The position numbers and the translations under genes are program-made. The notes beneath the pieces are model-generated. The model ran no database searches. It had not been told where the DNA came from and saw only the letters and a list, made by a program, of their open reading frames with translations. Positions 12,949-24,750 of a DNA stretch of 64,000 bases are shown one piece after another (positions within the stretch are counted from its first letter, which is position 1; every line of letters begins with the position of its first letter). The stretch comes from the human T2T-CHM13v2.0 reference genome, Homo sapiens: the NCBI RefSeq assembly GCF_009914755.1, contig NC_060935.1. One strand, given 5' to 3'.

Positions 12949-13076
12949 TTTTATAAGAACCTGTGAAGACCACACCCACCTCTTTATGGGTATTTAGAGC
13001 ATTCAGAAAGGTGGAGACAAAGATGATTAGGTTTATGCAGTATTTAGAACACACCTTTGCAGCTCTGATTAAATTA
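12949..13076 (-). promoter_or_regulatory. TRIM49 proximal promoter: DUX4-type site, second homeodomain site, KLF/CACCC box, TATA
   Basis: TAATTTAATCA 13076-13066; AAACCTAATCA 13034-13024; GGGTGTGG 12977-12970; TATAAAA 12955-12949; conserved in three paralogs. Confidence 0.8.
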
Positions 13077-13227
13077 TCATCACACTTTCATTCTGAACAC
13101 CAGTGCCTGAATGAATCATATGTAACATAAATCCTGTCAGAGCATACATAGGCTAGAAATTAACTAAGATGCATTTTATACTGTTTATTGAGTTTCTTCC
13201 ATGATACAGGCATTCCTCTAAGTGCAC

Positions 13228-13511
13228 ATTTATTTATTCTAGAGAAAGGGTCTCCTTCTGGAGTGCAGTAGCATAATCATAGCTCCCTGCAGCCTTGAAT
13301 TCCAAGTAATCCTCCTGCTTCAGCCTTCCAAGTAGCTACGACTTTAGGCTCACACTATATCACCTGGCTAATTTTTTTTGTTGAAATTTTTGGTAAAGTC
13401 AGTGTATGACTCTGTAGCCCATGCTGTTCTCCAACTCCTGGCTTCAAGTGGTCCTCTGGTCTCGGCCTTCCAAAGTGCTAAGAGTACAGGTATAAACCAC
13501 CTCATCCAGCT
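13228..13511 (-). mobile_element. AluJ-like
   Basis: Degenerate antisense Alu; paralog at 47154-47442. Confidence 0.88.
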
Positions 13512-14004
13512 TAAATGCTGCTTTAGTACATTTATAGGATATTTCCAGAGAAGTCCAATGGAAGATAAAACTTTCCTTTTTGTTTTCTGTTTTCTACCAC
13601 TCTAAGAGAAATCACTGATTAACCAAATAAACCCACTAACCTGGGGTCTCTCATTGAATTTACAAAACTTCACCAGTCTCATGGGTGAAAGATGAGTTAT
13701 TATTTTAACGTTTTTCTCCATATAGTGCATGATGTCCTACAATGACTAGGAGTGCACCACGGGAATTATTTTGGGGATTACACATAACTTTTAGCATATA
13801 GGCAAATTCACAAATACAGAATCCAAATGATAGAGATGGACTATATTTTTCTTTCTATGCCAAGTCTTTTTGTTGTTATATGAAAATTATTTTTTTTAAA
13901 AAAGAGATTTCAGAAGGGACTACTCAAATATCTTCTGATAGAGGAATTCTTTGCCAATGGTCCAGAAGACTTATGGTCAAGACTGTCAAAACAGTGAAGA
14001 CAAA

Positions 14005-14523
14005 TCTATCAGACCCAGGTCTGTCCAGGTTCAAAGACAAAAGCAGAACCCATAAGATATATGTATAGTTAGGGAGATTCACATATGAATTAAGTGCAAA
14101 GACTTGACTTACCCAATTGTGGGAGCTGCTTAAGCAAATGTGAGATCCTGGGTACAGTCCATCAGGAAAAGAAATCCCCCGCTGGCTGGATCCCAGTGGT
14201 CATGAATCAAAGCTTTGGTTTAAAGTCAATAGGGGGCAACTGGAAGATTAGAGTCCCATTTGCCATTTAAAATGTTGTTCAAGGAATGCCTATGTGTTTC
14301 TTTAAAGGACTTTCACTGATGAAGTCAGGCTTACTTGGGTACACTTCCTAGTTACAGGATTAGGACCTTTGCTCGCATCTGCAAAATGCCTTTCCAGCAG
14401 GTCCTAAGTAAGTGTTTCATTGAAGAATAATAAGGTATGTCTATGCCACAAAATGGCTACTGCCCTCATTTCCCTCTTTGTACATACATGTACTCAAGTT
14501 GACACATCATAAAATCATCCAGA
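14005..14523 (-). mobile_element. Highly diverged ERVL (MLT2-like) solo LTR, same orientation as TRIM49
   Basis: ccaggttc..cagaacc..., ttcactgatgaagtcaggc, caaaatgcctttccagcag, caagttgacacatcataaaatc resemble the reverse MLT2 consensus. Confidence 0.55.
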
Positions 14524-15916
14524 GTTTATATTTAATTAAATACAAGGAATTGAACAATAGATTTTCTTGTTCTATTGTCAGTTTACTATCCAAGACCACC
14601 AACTGACTGACCACCCTGTATGCACATTCTGTACCTCAATAAATCTAAGTAATTAACCAAAGTGTCCACACAGAAGTAAGATCTGCGCTGGTTGTGTGTG
14701 GGGGCCCTCTTGGCTCAGTCCTGGACTCCAGAGTGGGAAACTTGTGAAACCCTGGGTCATGGACTTGATCCTGTGGACATTCTCTGCTTAAATTCTGGAG
14801 CTCCGTGGCGGGGCCCTGGTACTCCATTACAAGGTCTGATGATGCTGTGTATCAGGAAGGAATTAGGGCAAGGAGAGAAAGGAAGGTAGGTAGCTTCTGA
14901 TTTTATTTCAACCACTTTTTGCACCACATCATTCACTTATTCAAACACTCAGCTTTAGGCAGTTGAAGCCTAGAGCACCGGAAATTAGGAGCTTTCAATT
15001 ACAGACCTACCTCTGTCTACTGTGGCATTATCAAGGAAACAACCTATTTTCCTACTTGAGTCTCAGACCATGAAACAAATATAAGAAAGTAATTCTCTTT
15101 AGAGTTGGCATTTTGTAGGTTCCAAAAGTCCTACCCAATCCAGAAGAGAGAGTAGAGGTGGGTATAGGCAAGAACAATCCGTGATGTGGATAAAGGACAC
15201 TCCAGCCAATTTGGAATATTTCCTTATTTCCCAGTGCTTCTCCTTTTAATAAAAAAGATACTTTTTTGTACATGAGACTGTTTCCATTCTAGCATCTGAA
15301 ACCTACCTCTACCACAAAGTTTTCTGTTGAATTACACATCTATTTTTGAGAATCTGGTAATAGACTCTTTTGTTCATCTGGGTTCTAAAACTCATTGGAA
15401 AATCTTTGTATGAAAGTTGGTGATCTATTTCTCGTTCCTTAACATATGTAGAAATCTGACTTTATTTAATTCTGGAAATTTTTAAATTTTTATAAAAATG
15501 CCATTCTATGATAAATACCATTTAAAACCTAGGTATTATAACTACTTTGACATTTTGTTTGTTTTATTTGCGCACATGGAGAGAATTCTGCATATTTTTT
15601 CCCATGCTAACAAAATTTATTAATTTTCCACAAATTTATATTTTGCTTTCTGGATCCTGAATGTCCAGGGCTATCTTTTCTTTAACGCTTTTTTTTTTTT
15701 TTGCATTTCTTCTCAATTGTTTTACCCGTTTATTGTCTATTTTTCTACAAACCCCAGTCATTTTCTCTTGAAACCTCTTATCTATTTGAGTGGAGAGAAA
15801 TATGTTAGAAAAAGGAAGGGGACAATGTGATACATGGGCTATGATGTACCAGTTACTGTGCTGTCTCCATGCACACATTGTTCCTAATCTCCACAGAAAA
15901 CATGCAATATGTGTAG

Positions 15917-16261
<345 letters not shown>

Positions 16262-16595
16262 GTAAGCAATCTTTTTATGGTCCTGTTTCCTGTATGGGAT
16301 GGATTCAGGGATCAATTACATGTCGTCAACTCCATAAATCCTCAAATCTCTCAACGTATTTTCTCACTTAGAGCCACAGAAACACATATGATTCCTTCTG
16401 TGCTTGTGTGTTCAGGTGAGGTTCAGCCTACATTCTGAAGTTTCTTCCTCTGATGAATGAAACATTGAGTTCTTGAATATAGCTACATTATCATTAGGCT
16501 GTAAAAATCAGAATCAAATAGGTTTCCTTCCTTGAGAAAATAATGGAGGCAACAATTACAAACAGCACTCTAGGTTTTAGATTTCAATCATGTTT

Positions 16596-16900
16596 TTCCT
16601 TTTCTATTCTTTTTTCTTTTCTTAGAGACAGGGTCTCACTCTGTCATCCAGACTATAGAGCAGTTGCTGGATCATAGCTACTGCAGCTTCAACCTCCTAG
16701 GCTCAAGTGATCCTCAACCTCGGCCTCCTGAGTAGCTCTGACTACAGGCAGACACCCGCACTTCAGGTTAGTTTTTAAATTGTTTGTGGAGATATGGTCT
16801 TCTTATGCTGTTCTGGCTGGTCTCAAACTCCTGGACTCAATCCTCCTGCTTCGACCTTCCAAGGCACTGGGATTACAGGCGTGAGCCACGGTTCCCAGCC
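16596..16900 (-). mobile_element. AluJ-like
   Basis: gagacagggtctcactctgtc...ggctcaagtgatcctc. Confidence 0.9.
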
Positions 16901-17466
16901 TCGAAGCATTTTCATAGCAAAGAGTTAACAGAACATTTTCTTCTCTAGATTCAGTAGACACAAGATTCTTATATTTTATTCTTCCCATATCTGGCTGTGT
17001 ATCCTGTTCGCAGACATTACATTGCCAAATTTGTTTTCCATTCATCTTTCCTAGCACAGTATAGAAAAACGAGTACTGTGGAGTAGAGTTTTCACATTCT
17101 TTCCTGAACCCTGCCAGTTCTAATGGTGCTCATGGACTTAGCCATTTCCCTTCACTGGAATCCATTCTTGTTTATAAACAACAGTAAGTGTTGTTTATAA
17201 AATTTCCAAGGAACAGAGCAGAATGTAAGGTTAGCATATCTTGTGTTTCTACCTCCCCTAAGCCCAAAGGATCATGAGTACTACATACAGAAATCTTTCC
17301 TCCTTACCCCTGTCACATTCTACTTGGATGCTGTGGAGAAATAAACCCAGTGTATCCCCTTCTGCTATACAAAATAATACTATTTGGCTTAAACTGATGT
17401 TTGTAAAATTTCATCCACAGATTTCAGTCACATTTTCAAATAAATCCATTATAAAACCATGTAATA

Positions 17467-17935
17467 CAAGTTGACTGTTTGTTATTCACAATGTTAGGGC
17501 CAGAAGAATTTCAGGTTTTGGATATTTGTGGATTACAGAATATTTGCATAGACATAATAAGATATCTTGTGGATCAACCCAAGTGTAAACACAAAATTTA
17601 TGTTTCATATACACCTTATACAGATAGGCTAAAGATAATTTTAGACAATATTTTAAATAACTTTATTCATGAAGCAAAGTTTGTGTACACATGCCATTTT
17701 ATTACCCTTTGTGAGTGCTCTTGCTCGGGGGCATCTAGGTGGACACAGAAAGATATATTGCAACTGAAGGGGCTGGGAGAGTCTTTTGTTCACTGAGAAT
17801 ATGTTTTGACTGTAACTTCTCATATGAGGTCACGTGTGGGATATTTCACTTTTGGTGACATTTCACAGCTCAAAACATTTGAGATTTTGGAGTATTTTGG
17901 ATTTTTAGATATTTTGATTAGTGGTGCTCAACCTG
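17467..17935. mobile_element. Tigger4/MER46-family DNA transposon
   Basis: TA|CAAGTTGA ... CTCAACCTG|TA inverted ends with TA flanks; internal text resembles recalled Tigger4. Confidence 0.8.
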
Positions 17936-19296
17936 TATGTTATTTCATCTTTTTTTTCTCCAGGTAGGAATGGAAAATGCATTTTTGTTTTTACTTGTAT
18001 TACACATTTTTTCCAACTCAAATTCATTATGCATACTGTTAGATGTCTTCAAATTTTGATGAAAAGTCTCAAGTTATATCAATTACTATTTTCAAAAATT
18101 GTTTGTAATAAGTAGATTAAATACCATGATAATCCACAGTTAAAAAAATAAACACAAATTCATGTGCTTGTATTCCAGTTGGGTTTTTTTTCCAAACGAT
18201 GAGCATTAATGAAATACTATACCTTAAAACCTTTTTCTAAATATATTTGAGAATATTGTTTGAAAGTAAAAAATTGAAAAGGACTGAACATACCATAATA
18301 AATGATATTTGTGCTTAAGAAGGCTGTCTTTTTCAGAGATTATTTATAAAATAAAAATACACATTTCTAACCTTGTCTCAGTTAAGAGCTTGTTACTGAT
18401 GTGTTACTTATGATGTTGAATGTTGTTAGTCTAACAGGATGCACTGGTAATAGGACCCTGTCAAGCTGAACTTTCCCGATTTAAATGCTACCTCACCATT
18501 CCTGTGCAGTATGTTTTTATTAGAATTCTAGCAGTATGTATTTTATATTGTGACCTAAATAACAAGCACACACAAAAATGATTTCACACTGTGTATGCCG
18601 ATGTATTTTAAAGTCTATGAAAAATATTGTAGGTATCAGCAAGTAGAACACTGCTTCATACATAGAAAGGGACCAATTAATGCTAAGTAAATGTTATTAG
18701 TTACTTAAAGAACTTTGCATTATGTAAATACATCCAAATCAATTATTATTTGGATGGTAATATGATAGCAAACCTAGATGCAGATTTAAGAAGAATATTG
18801 AGCAAGAATGGGTTAGGAGGGTGTGAGGAGTAGGCCACAGAGAAAGTTAATACCTATAATTTGCTGAGTCAGAGTTGAAAGCACCTATAGGCTAAGTGGA
18901 TACCTCCCATTCTGACCCATTTCAGCAAAATATTTGAATCTTCCATGTTTTTCATAATTCTGGGAGTTTAGAAAATGCTTTAGAGAAGTGAAAGAGCCAC
19001 TATATTTTATATTCGTTTATTTATTGTGTTTGGTGATTTGAGAATTTCTCTAAGTCACCAGAGATAGAGCTTCAGAATATTAATCTCAGGATACAAATCT
19101 ATTTTTCAATTTTATACCCGTACATAACCCATTCTCCAAAGGTGACCCCTCTGTTAAGTGATAGTAAATTATCTTCAATGTCATTTAAGTTCACCAGTTT
19201 CTTGTGAAATGTTTTTAACTTTAAAAAGTTTAAAAACACAAAAAGCCATTCTTTAAAACTAAACATGTATAAATCAAGTTCTTAAAAACCAATCCA

Positions 19297-19602
19297 GCCT
19301 GGGCGTGGTGGCTCAGTCCCAACACTCTGGGAAGCCGAGGTGGGTGGATCCCTTGAGGTCAGGAGTTCAAGACAAGTCTGATCAACATGGCAAAACCCTA
19401 TATCTAATAAAAATACAAAAATTAGGCTGGCATAGTTGCACGGACCTGTAGTCCCAGCTACTCAGGAGGCTGTGGCGGGAGAATCACCCGAACCAGGGAG
19501 GCAGAGGATGCAGTGAACTTAGACAGTGCCACTGCGATTCAGCCTGGGCAACAGAGCGAGACTACATTTCAAAATAAATAAATAAATAAATAAATAAATA
19601 AA
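19297..19602 (+). mobile_element. AluS with (TAAA)n tail
   Basis: Full Alu body. Confidence 0.93.
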
Positions 19603-19751
19603 GTCTTCTACTCTTTAAAAATCATGGAAAATCTAGTATTGTAGATAAAAGTAGAAAACAAAATAGTTCTTCATATATTTTAGGTTTTAATAAGGAGTCA
19701 TTAAAAGATAATTATAAAGTCACTTTATGTGGACTTAAAAAGGTAACATCA

Positions 19752-19978
19752 GGCCGCTGTGGCAGCTCATGCCTGTAATCCCAGCACTTTGGGAGGCCAA
19801 GGCGGGTGGATTATCTGAGGTCAGGAGTTCGAGACCAGCCCTCTCTACTAAAAATACAAAAATTAGCTGGGCATGGTGGCAGGCACCTGTAATCCCAGCA
19901 GAAGATTTGCTTGAACCCCTGGGGTGGAGGTTGCAGTGAGCCGAGATCCTGCCACTTCACTCCCGTCTGGGAGTGACA
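19752..19978 (+). mobile_element. Alu, internally deleted and tail-less
   Basis: Alu text with gaps. Confidence 0.88.
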
Positions 19979-20539
19979 TTGTATAATGACATCAGACAAC
20001 TGATTTAGTTATCTAACATTGGAATGTATTTGTAGAAGTTTTTTTAAAATTTTAATCGATAAAGCAATTATACAATTAAATAGAGCCAATCGAAAGGATT
20101 AGGTTTTGCCTTTGAAACTGCAGAATCCTAATCTTCTATTAAGGATGTATCCATGCATAGTGTAAATTTTTTAAAAAATACGTAAATAAAAGGAATGTAG
20201 TGAAGTGTTTTAAGAAAAGTTTCTAACTTTGGAAATTCTACACAATGTACATGTAACAAAGTTCAGTCTTCCACATTATTAAAAAAAATAAAAAACCTCA
20301 GCGTTGGCCATTAGGATGCCAAGACATATCCAGTGAATGCTCAATTATAAAGCATCTAGCCTGGCTCACTTTGAAAACTTTTCTTCTAAAATTGTCTTCC
20401 TGGGGCCTTTAATACTTGACTCTAATTTATAGTTCTAGAAACTATTGAGTTTAGAGAAAGTAAATTCCAATCCATCCTTTCTAAAAGAACTTAAGTAGGC
20501 TTAGGACTTTCTTCCTAAAATGTATGAACATTGTTGTTC

Positions 20540-20800
20540 AAGCGTGTCATCGCATCACATTGAGAGGTGGACACAGGAAAGGAGTTTGAGAAAAGCCTAG
20601 GCAACATTGCGAAAACTCGTCTCTCCAAAAAAATTAAAATTAGCGGAGCATGGTGGGATGAACCTGTAGTCCCTGGTACTGGGGAAGCTGAGGTGGGAAG
20701 ATTGCTATAGCCAGGGGGGTTGACACTGCAGCTAGACAGGATCCAGCAACTGCACTCCAGCCTGGGTGACAAAGCCAGACCCTGTCTCAAAAAAAATATA
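20540..20800 (+). mobile_element. AluJ-like
   Basis: Degenerate Alu ending ccctgtctcaaaaaaa. Confidence 0.85.
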
Positions 20801-20999
20801 TATAAAATATCTCACTAATATTTGTAATGTTTATTATGTTGAAAACATTTTGGATATATTGGGTTATAATGTTTTATTAAAATTAATTTCAATGGTTTCT
20901 AATTGTTTCAGATATCATTAGAAAAATGCATTCCCTCCCCTCTCCGTTATAGTTTCCCTGAAAATACATGCACTAAAGAAAAACGAAGAAAGTATGTTT

Positions 21000-21640
21000 T
21001 ATTAAATAATATTCAAAATACAAAACAAAAAAACTTTTGAAATGTATTTAAGACAATGCTTACAAAACAATGTATATCATTAAATGCATCTGTTATTAAC
21101 AAAGAAAGGTCTGTCGCAAACAGCCAGAAAATTAAAGCAAATTCCCATTAAAAAACTAAAAAAAAATTAGAGAAATTGCAGAAAATTGATTAAAAAGCAT
21201 GCAAAAGATAAATCAACAAATTCAAAAGTAGGCTCCTTAAATAGATAAATTAAATTAATAAATTCCCAATGAGATTCATTTAAACAATGGAGAGGGGGAG
21301 TTCAAATCAAGAATAAACAGGCAAACTCATGGTCATCCAGATATCAATAAGCCAGCATGAATATTTTAGGAACAATTTATACCTATACATCTGACAATTT
21401 TGATGACATGAGAAAATTTCTTGAAAAACACAGCTGACTAAAACAGACGGAGGAGAACATAGAAAAATGAAAGATATGATTTGGATTCTTAAAATTCCGT
21501 GTATTATTTAAAAAACAAAACTCACAAAGAAAACTCCAGTGATCTCTTTCAGCGAAATTTTCAAAGCATTTTAGAAAGAAATAACACACTTTTAGACAAA
21601 TTCTTCTAGAGAACAAAGAAAAAGCAACACTTTCTAACTT
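21000..21640 (+). mobile_element. Ancient L1M ORF2-region fragment
   Basis: A-rich degraded L1 text (aaatcaacaaattcaaaagtagg, tttcttgaaaaacacagctgactaaaac). Confidence 0.6.
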
Positions 21641-21644
21641 ATAA

Positions 21645-21950
21645 CTTTGTTTTTCTTTCATTTTTTTCTTTCCTTTATTTAGACAAGTTCTCCCTCTGTC
21701 ACTCAGACCAAAGTGCAGTGCATGATCATAGCTCATTGCAGCCTCAAACACCTAGGCTCAAGTGATCCTCCTGCCTGGTCCTCCTGATTAGCTGGAACTA
21801 CATGTGCTTGCTTCCAGGCCTGGGTAAAAACATTTATTTTTAGAGACAGGTGTCACCCTATGTTGCCTGGGGAAACCTGGAATTCCTAGAGTCAAGTGAC
21901 CCTTTTGCCCAGCTGTCCAACTAGCTGGAATTACAGACAGGAGTCACTGA
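21645..21950 (-). mobile_element. AluJ-like
   Basis: Degenerate antisense Alu. Confidence 0.85.
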
Positions 21951-22429
21951 ACTCTATTCAAAATTAGTTTTCTGTATGTACTTTGTTAAAGATAATTATA
22001 CACATAATTATTGTTTAAATAATTATTTATGACATTGCATCATATTTTGATATAAATATACATGCTGTACATCTTCTACATGTCCATACATATATACTGA
22101 TGTAAAGTATCTAATTTAAAATTATTCACCATGGCGTAAAATCAAAAAAACACATTTTATTTTTGCATAAATTCACCTTTGAAAATAGTCATAAAATAGG
22201 GAAGACAACAAAAAAATTAGACAAGTAAATTCACCAACTGTTGTATATAGAGTCATAGTATTTAAAATACAACTAAGTGCCTAGGTGCACTTTTTTATGA
22301 GAGCTCCATAGATGGGTTAGTTATTTCATTTAATATTTTAGAGTTGTACATATTCAGATAAATAATGACTGGAGACTTATTTAACAATGATATATTTTAA
22401 AACTAGACTGACACTTCACTGGCTTCCCA

Positions 22430-22930
22430 TAATTTCTAGATAGCAAACTCATCTTTTCCATGTTCTGATGCCCGTACCTGCCTCTGCAGCCTCATCTCCC
22501 ATCAGACCACTCTCATTCTTGTCACTCTAGCTCCAGTGGCCTGGAGCTCAACTGTACCAGGCTTCCTCCATCCAGGAAGCTTTTGCGTCTGCTGCTGTCA
22601 CTGCAAAGAAAGTTTCTCTCTATCTCTCTTTGCCAAGTTAATGTATTCCTATTCCTCAAATCTCAATGCTTTCATATCTTCATAAAAGCCTGGCATAAGC
22701 TGGCATTCAGCACCTCCCTCCTACTACTGACCCTGAAAACATGTACTGCTCATTTATTGAGCTTATAGTTCTAATTGTATATTTACTTGTGTGATTCTTT
22801 AATTATGATACATCTCATTCACTAGTCTGGATGTTCTAGCAGGACTGAAATTGTCTATTATAGTTTAATATAATTTATTTCTAATACCTAGTTTATTGTC
22901 ATTAGTATATGCTTGTTGAAGAATAAATAA
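22430..22930 (+). mobile_element. L2 3' end
   Basis: C/T-rich body ending ...gcttgttgaagaataaataa. Confidence 0.6.
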
Positions 22931-23099
22931 AAAATCTTTAATGGAAATATAGATGATACATTTCAGTTTAAAATAATAAAGCAATTGTTTTTAATTGTGA
23001 GGGCATTGTTTGTGAAACAAAACATTACTTAATGAAATAATTGTTTCAGTTGTAATGTCTGTGAACAACCTATGTCAGGTTAAGATTCTTGCATCTCAC

Positions 23100-23294
23100 T
23101 CCAAAATCCTCTACCTTCTGTTGGGCTATAATCCCCTAGACATGATTGTCTGTACTTTATAAATCTGATCACCCCATGTTACACCCTTCCCCAATGTTAC
23201 ACCCTTCTGTGTAACCTAATCTTCCATTTCCACTTCTTTCTCCAGACAGTAGCCAATCCCAGGAAGTGAGAGTGTTCTTAGGTGAGTCTAATCA
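23100..23294 (+). promoter_or_regulatory. Candidate promoter / 5' exon of the TRIM64-like gene
   Basis: TAACCTAATCT 23212-23222; tandem ATGTTACACCCTTC (23176-23189, 23194-23207); strong donor AG|GTGAGT at 23282, 2.5 kb upstream of the ATG exon (spacing similar to the paralogs). Confidence 0.4.
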
Positions 23295-23643
23295 CTTAAA
23301 AAGCAGAGTTGTCCAGGGAAGACTTCTCCAGAGAAGTCAGACTGAATTCGTGGAGGCTGGGCTTTGGTGAGCTCAGTGTTGCTGCTGACCTGGATATCCA
23401 CGAATCTTCTAGACTTGAGACAATACATCGCAGATTCTGGTGTGTATGACATTTGTAGTGAAGCCCTTCATGCTTAATTTTTCTGATAAAAATACTTTAA
23501 ACTCACCGGCCAGGACATTTACATCTTGTCTAAGCAAACAAGTAGCTTACCCAGTTATTTGAAGTAACATCATTATTTAAAATATCTGTAATTAGAGCAT
23601 TTATAATATACTGGTTTGTGTTATATCAAGTTATTTGACTGGG

Positions 23644-23948
23644 TTTTTTTTTTTTTTTTTGTGATAGGGTCTCACTCTGTCACCTAGGCTGGACTGAAAT
23701 GGCACTATCATGGCTCACTGCACCTTGGACCTCCTGGGCTCAAGCAATCCTGCCGCCACAGTCTCCTGAGTAGCTGAGACTACAAGCATGTGCCGTCACG
23801 CCAGCATTATTTTTAAAAGAATTTTTAGTAGAGATAAGATGTCAATAAGATGCGCAGGCTGGTCTAGAACTGCTGACCTGAATCCATCCTCATACCTTGG
23901 CCTCCTCAATGCCAGGATTAGAGCCTAGAGGCTAGGCTATGCCTAGCC
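23644..23948 (-). mobile_element. AluJ-like
   Basis: Antisense Alu with poly(T). Confidence 0.88.
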
Positions 23949-24127
23949 CCCATTTTGTATTATATTACCTTATGCATTATTTGGCATGTTATGTCTTAGC
24001 AGCTATATTTCCACCTTATTTGTGTAATTATGGAATCCAAAAAGAGCTTACAATTTTCAATATGTTACATATACGGAATAGTCTTTTTCCACTTCAATTT
24101 TATTCTGTAAATTGGCATATGTTAATT

Positions 24128-24750
24128 GTCTGTTCAGATCATTTGCCCATTTTTTAATTGGGTTGTTTGGGTTTTTTTTTCTTTTTAATTTGTTATTGAG
24201 TTATTTGATTTCCTTGTATAGTCAGGGTATCAATCTCCTGTCCAGTGAATAGTTGGTAAATATTTTTTCTCATTCTGTCAGTTGTCTTTTCACTCCATTG
24301 ATTGTTTCCTTTGCTGTGCAGAAGCTTTGCAGTTTAATATAATTCCAGTTGTTGATTTTTGGTTTTGTGGACTAGGCTTTTGTGATTTTATTCATACAAT
24401 TTTTTCTCTGATTAATGTTCTGGAGCATTTCTCCTATGTTTTCTTCCAGTAGATTTGTTCTTTCAGGTTTTACATTAAAGTTTTCAATCTATTTTGAGTT
24501 GATTTTGGCATAGGATGAGAGGTGAGGGTATAATTTTATTCCCTGCATGTAAATATCCCGTTTTGCCAGCAGTGTTGATTGAAAAGACTGTCCTTTCCCC
24601 GGTAAATACTGTTGCTACCTTTGTCAAAATTCAGTTGGCTGTAGAGAGGTGTAACAGTTTCTGGGTTCTCTGATCTGTTCCGCTGGTTTACTTGTCTATT
24701 TTGACACCAGTACCATGCTGCTTTGCTTACTGTAGCTTTGTAGTATACTA
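24128..24750 (-). mobile_element. L1 (L1MA/L1PB-age) ORF2 fragment
   Basis: gtttcctttgctgtgcagaagctt, ccagtaccatgctg...ttactgtagctttgtagtata. Confidence 0.88.

Noticed and set aside
17695-17795. GC-richer insert suspected to be a small RNA gene
   Set aside because: Matches my recollection of internal Tigger4 sequence; no snoRNA or tRNA hallmarks
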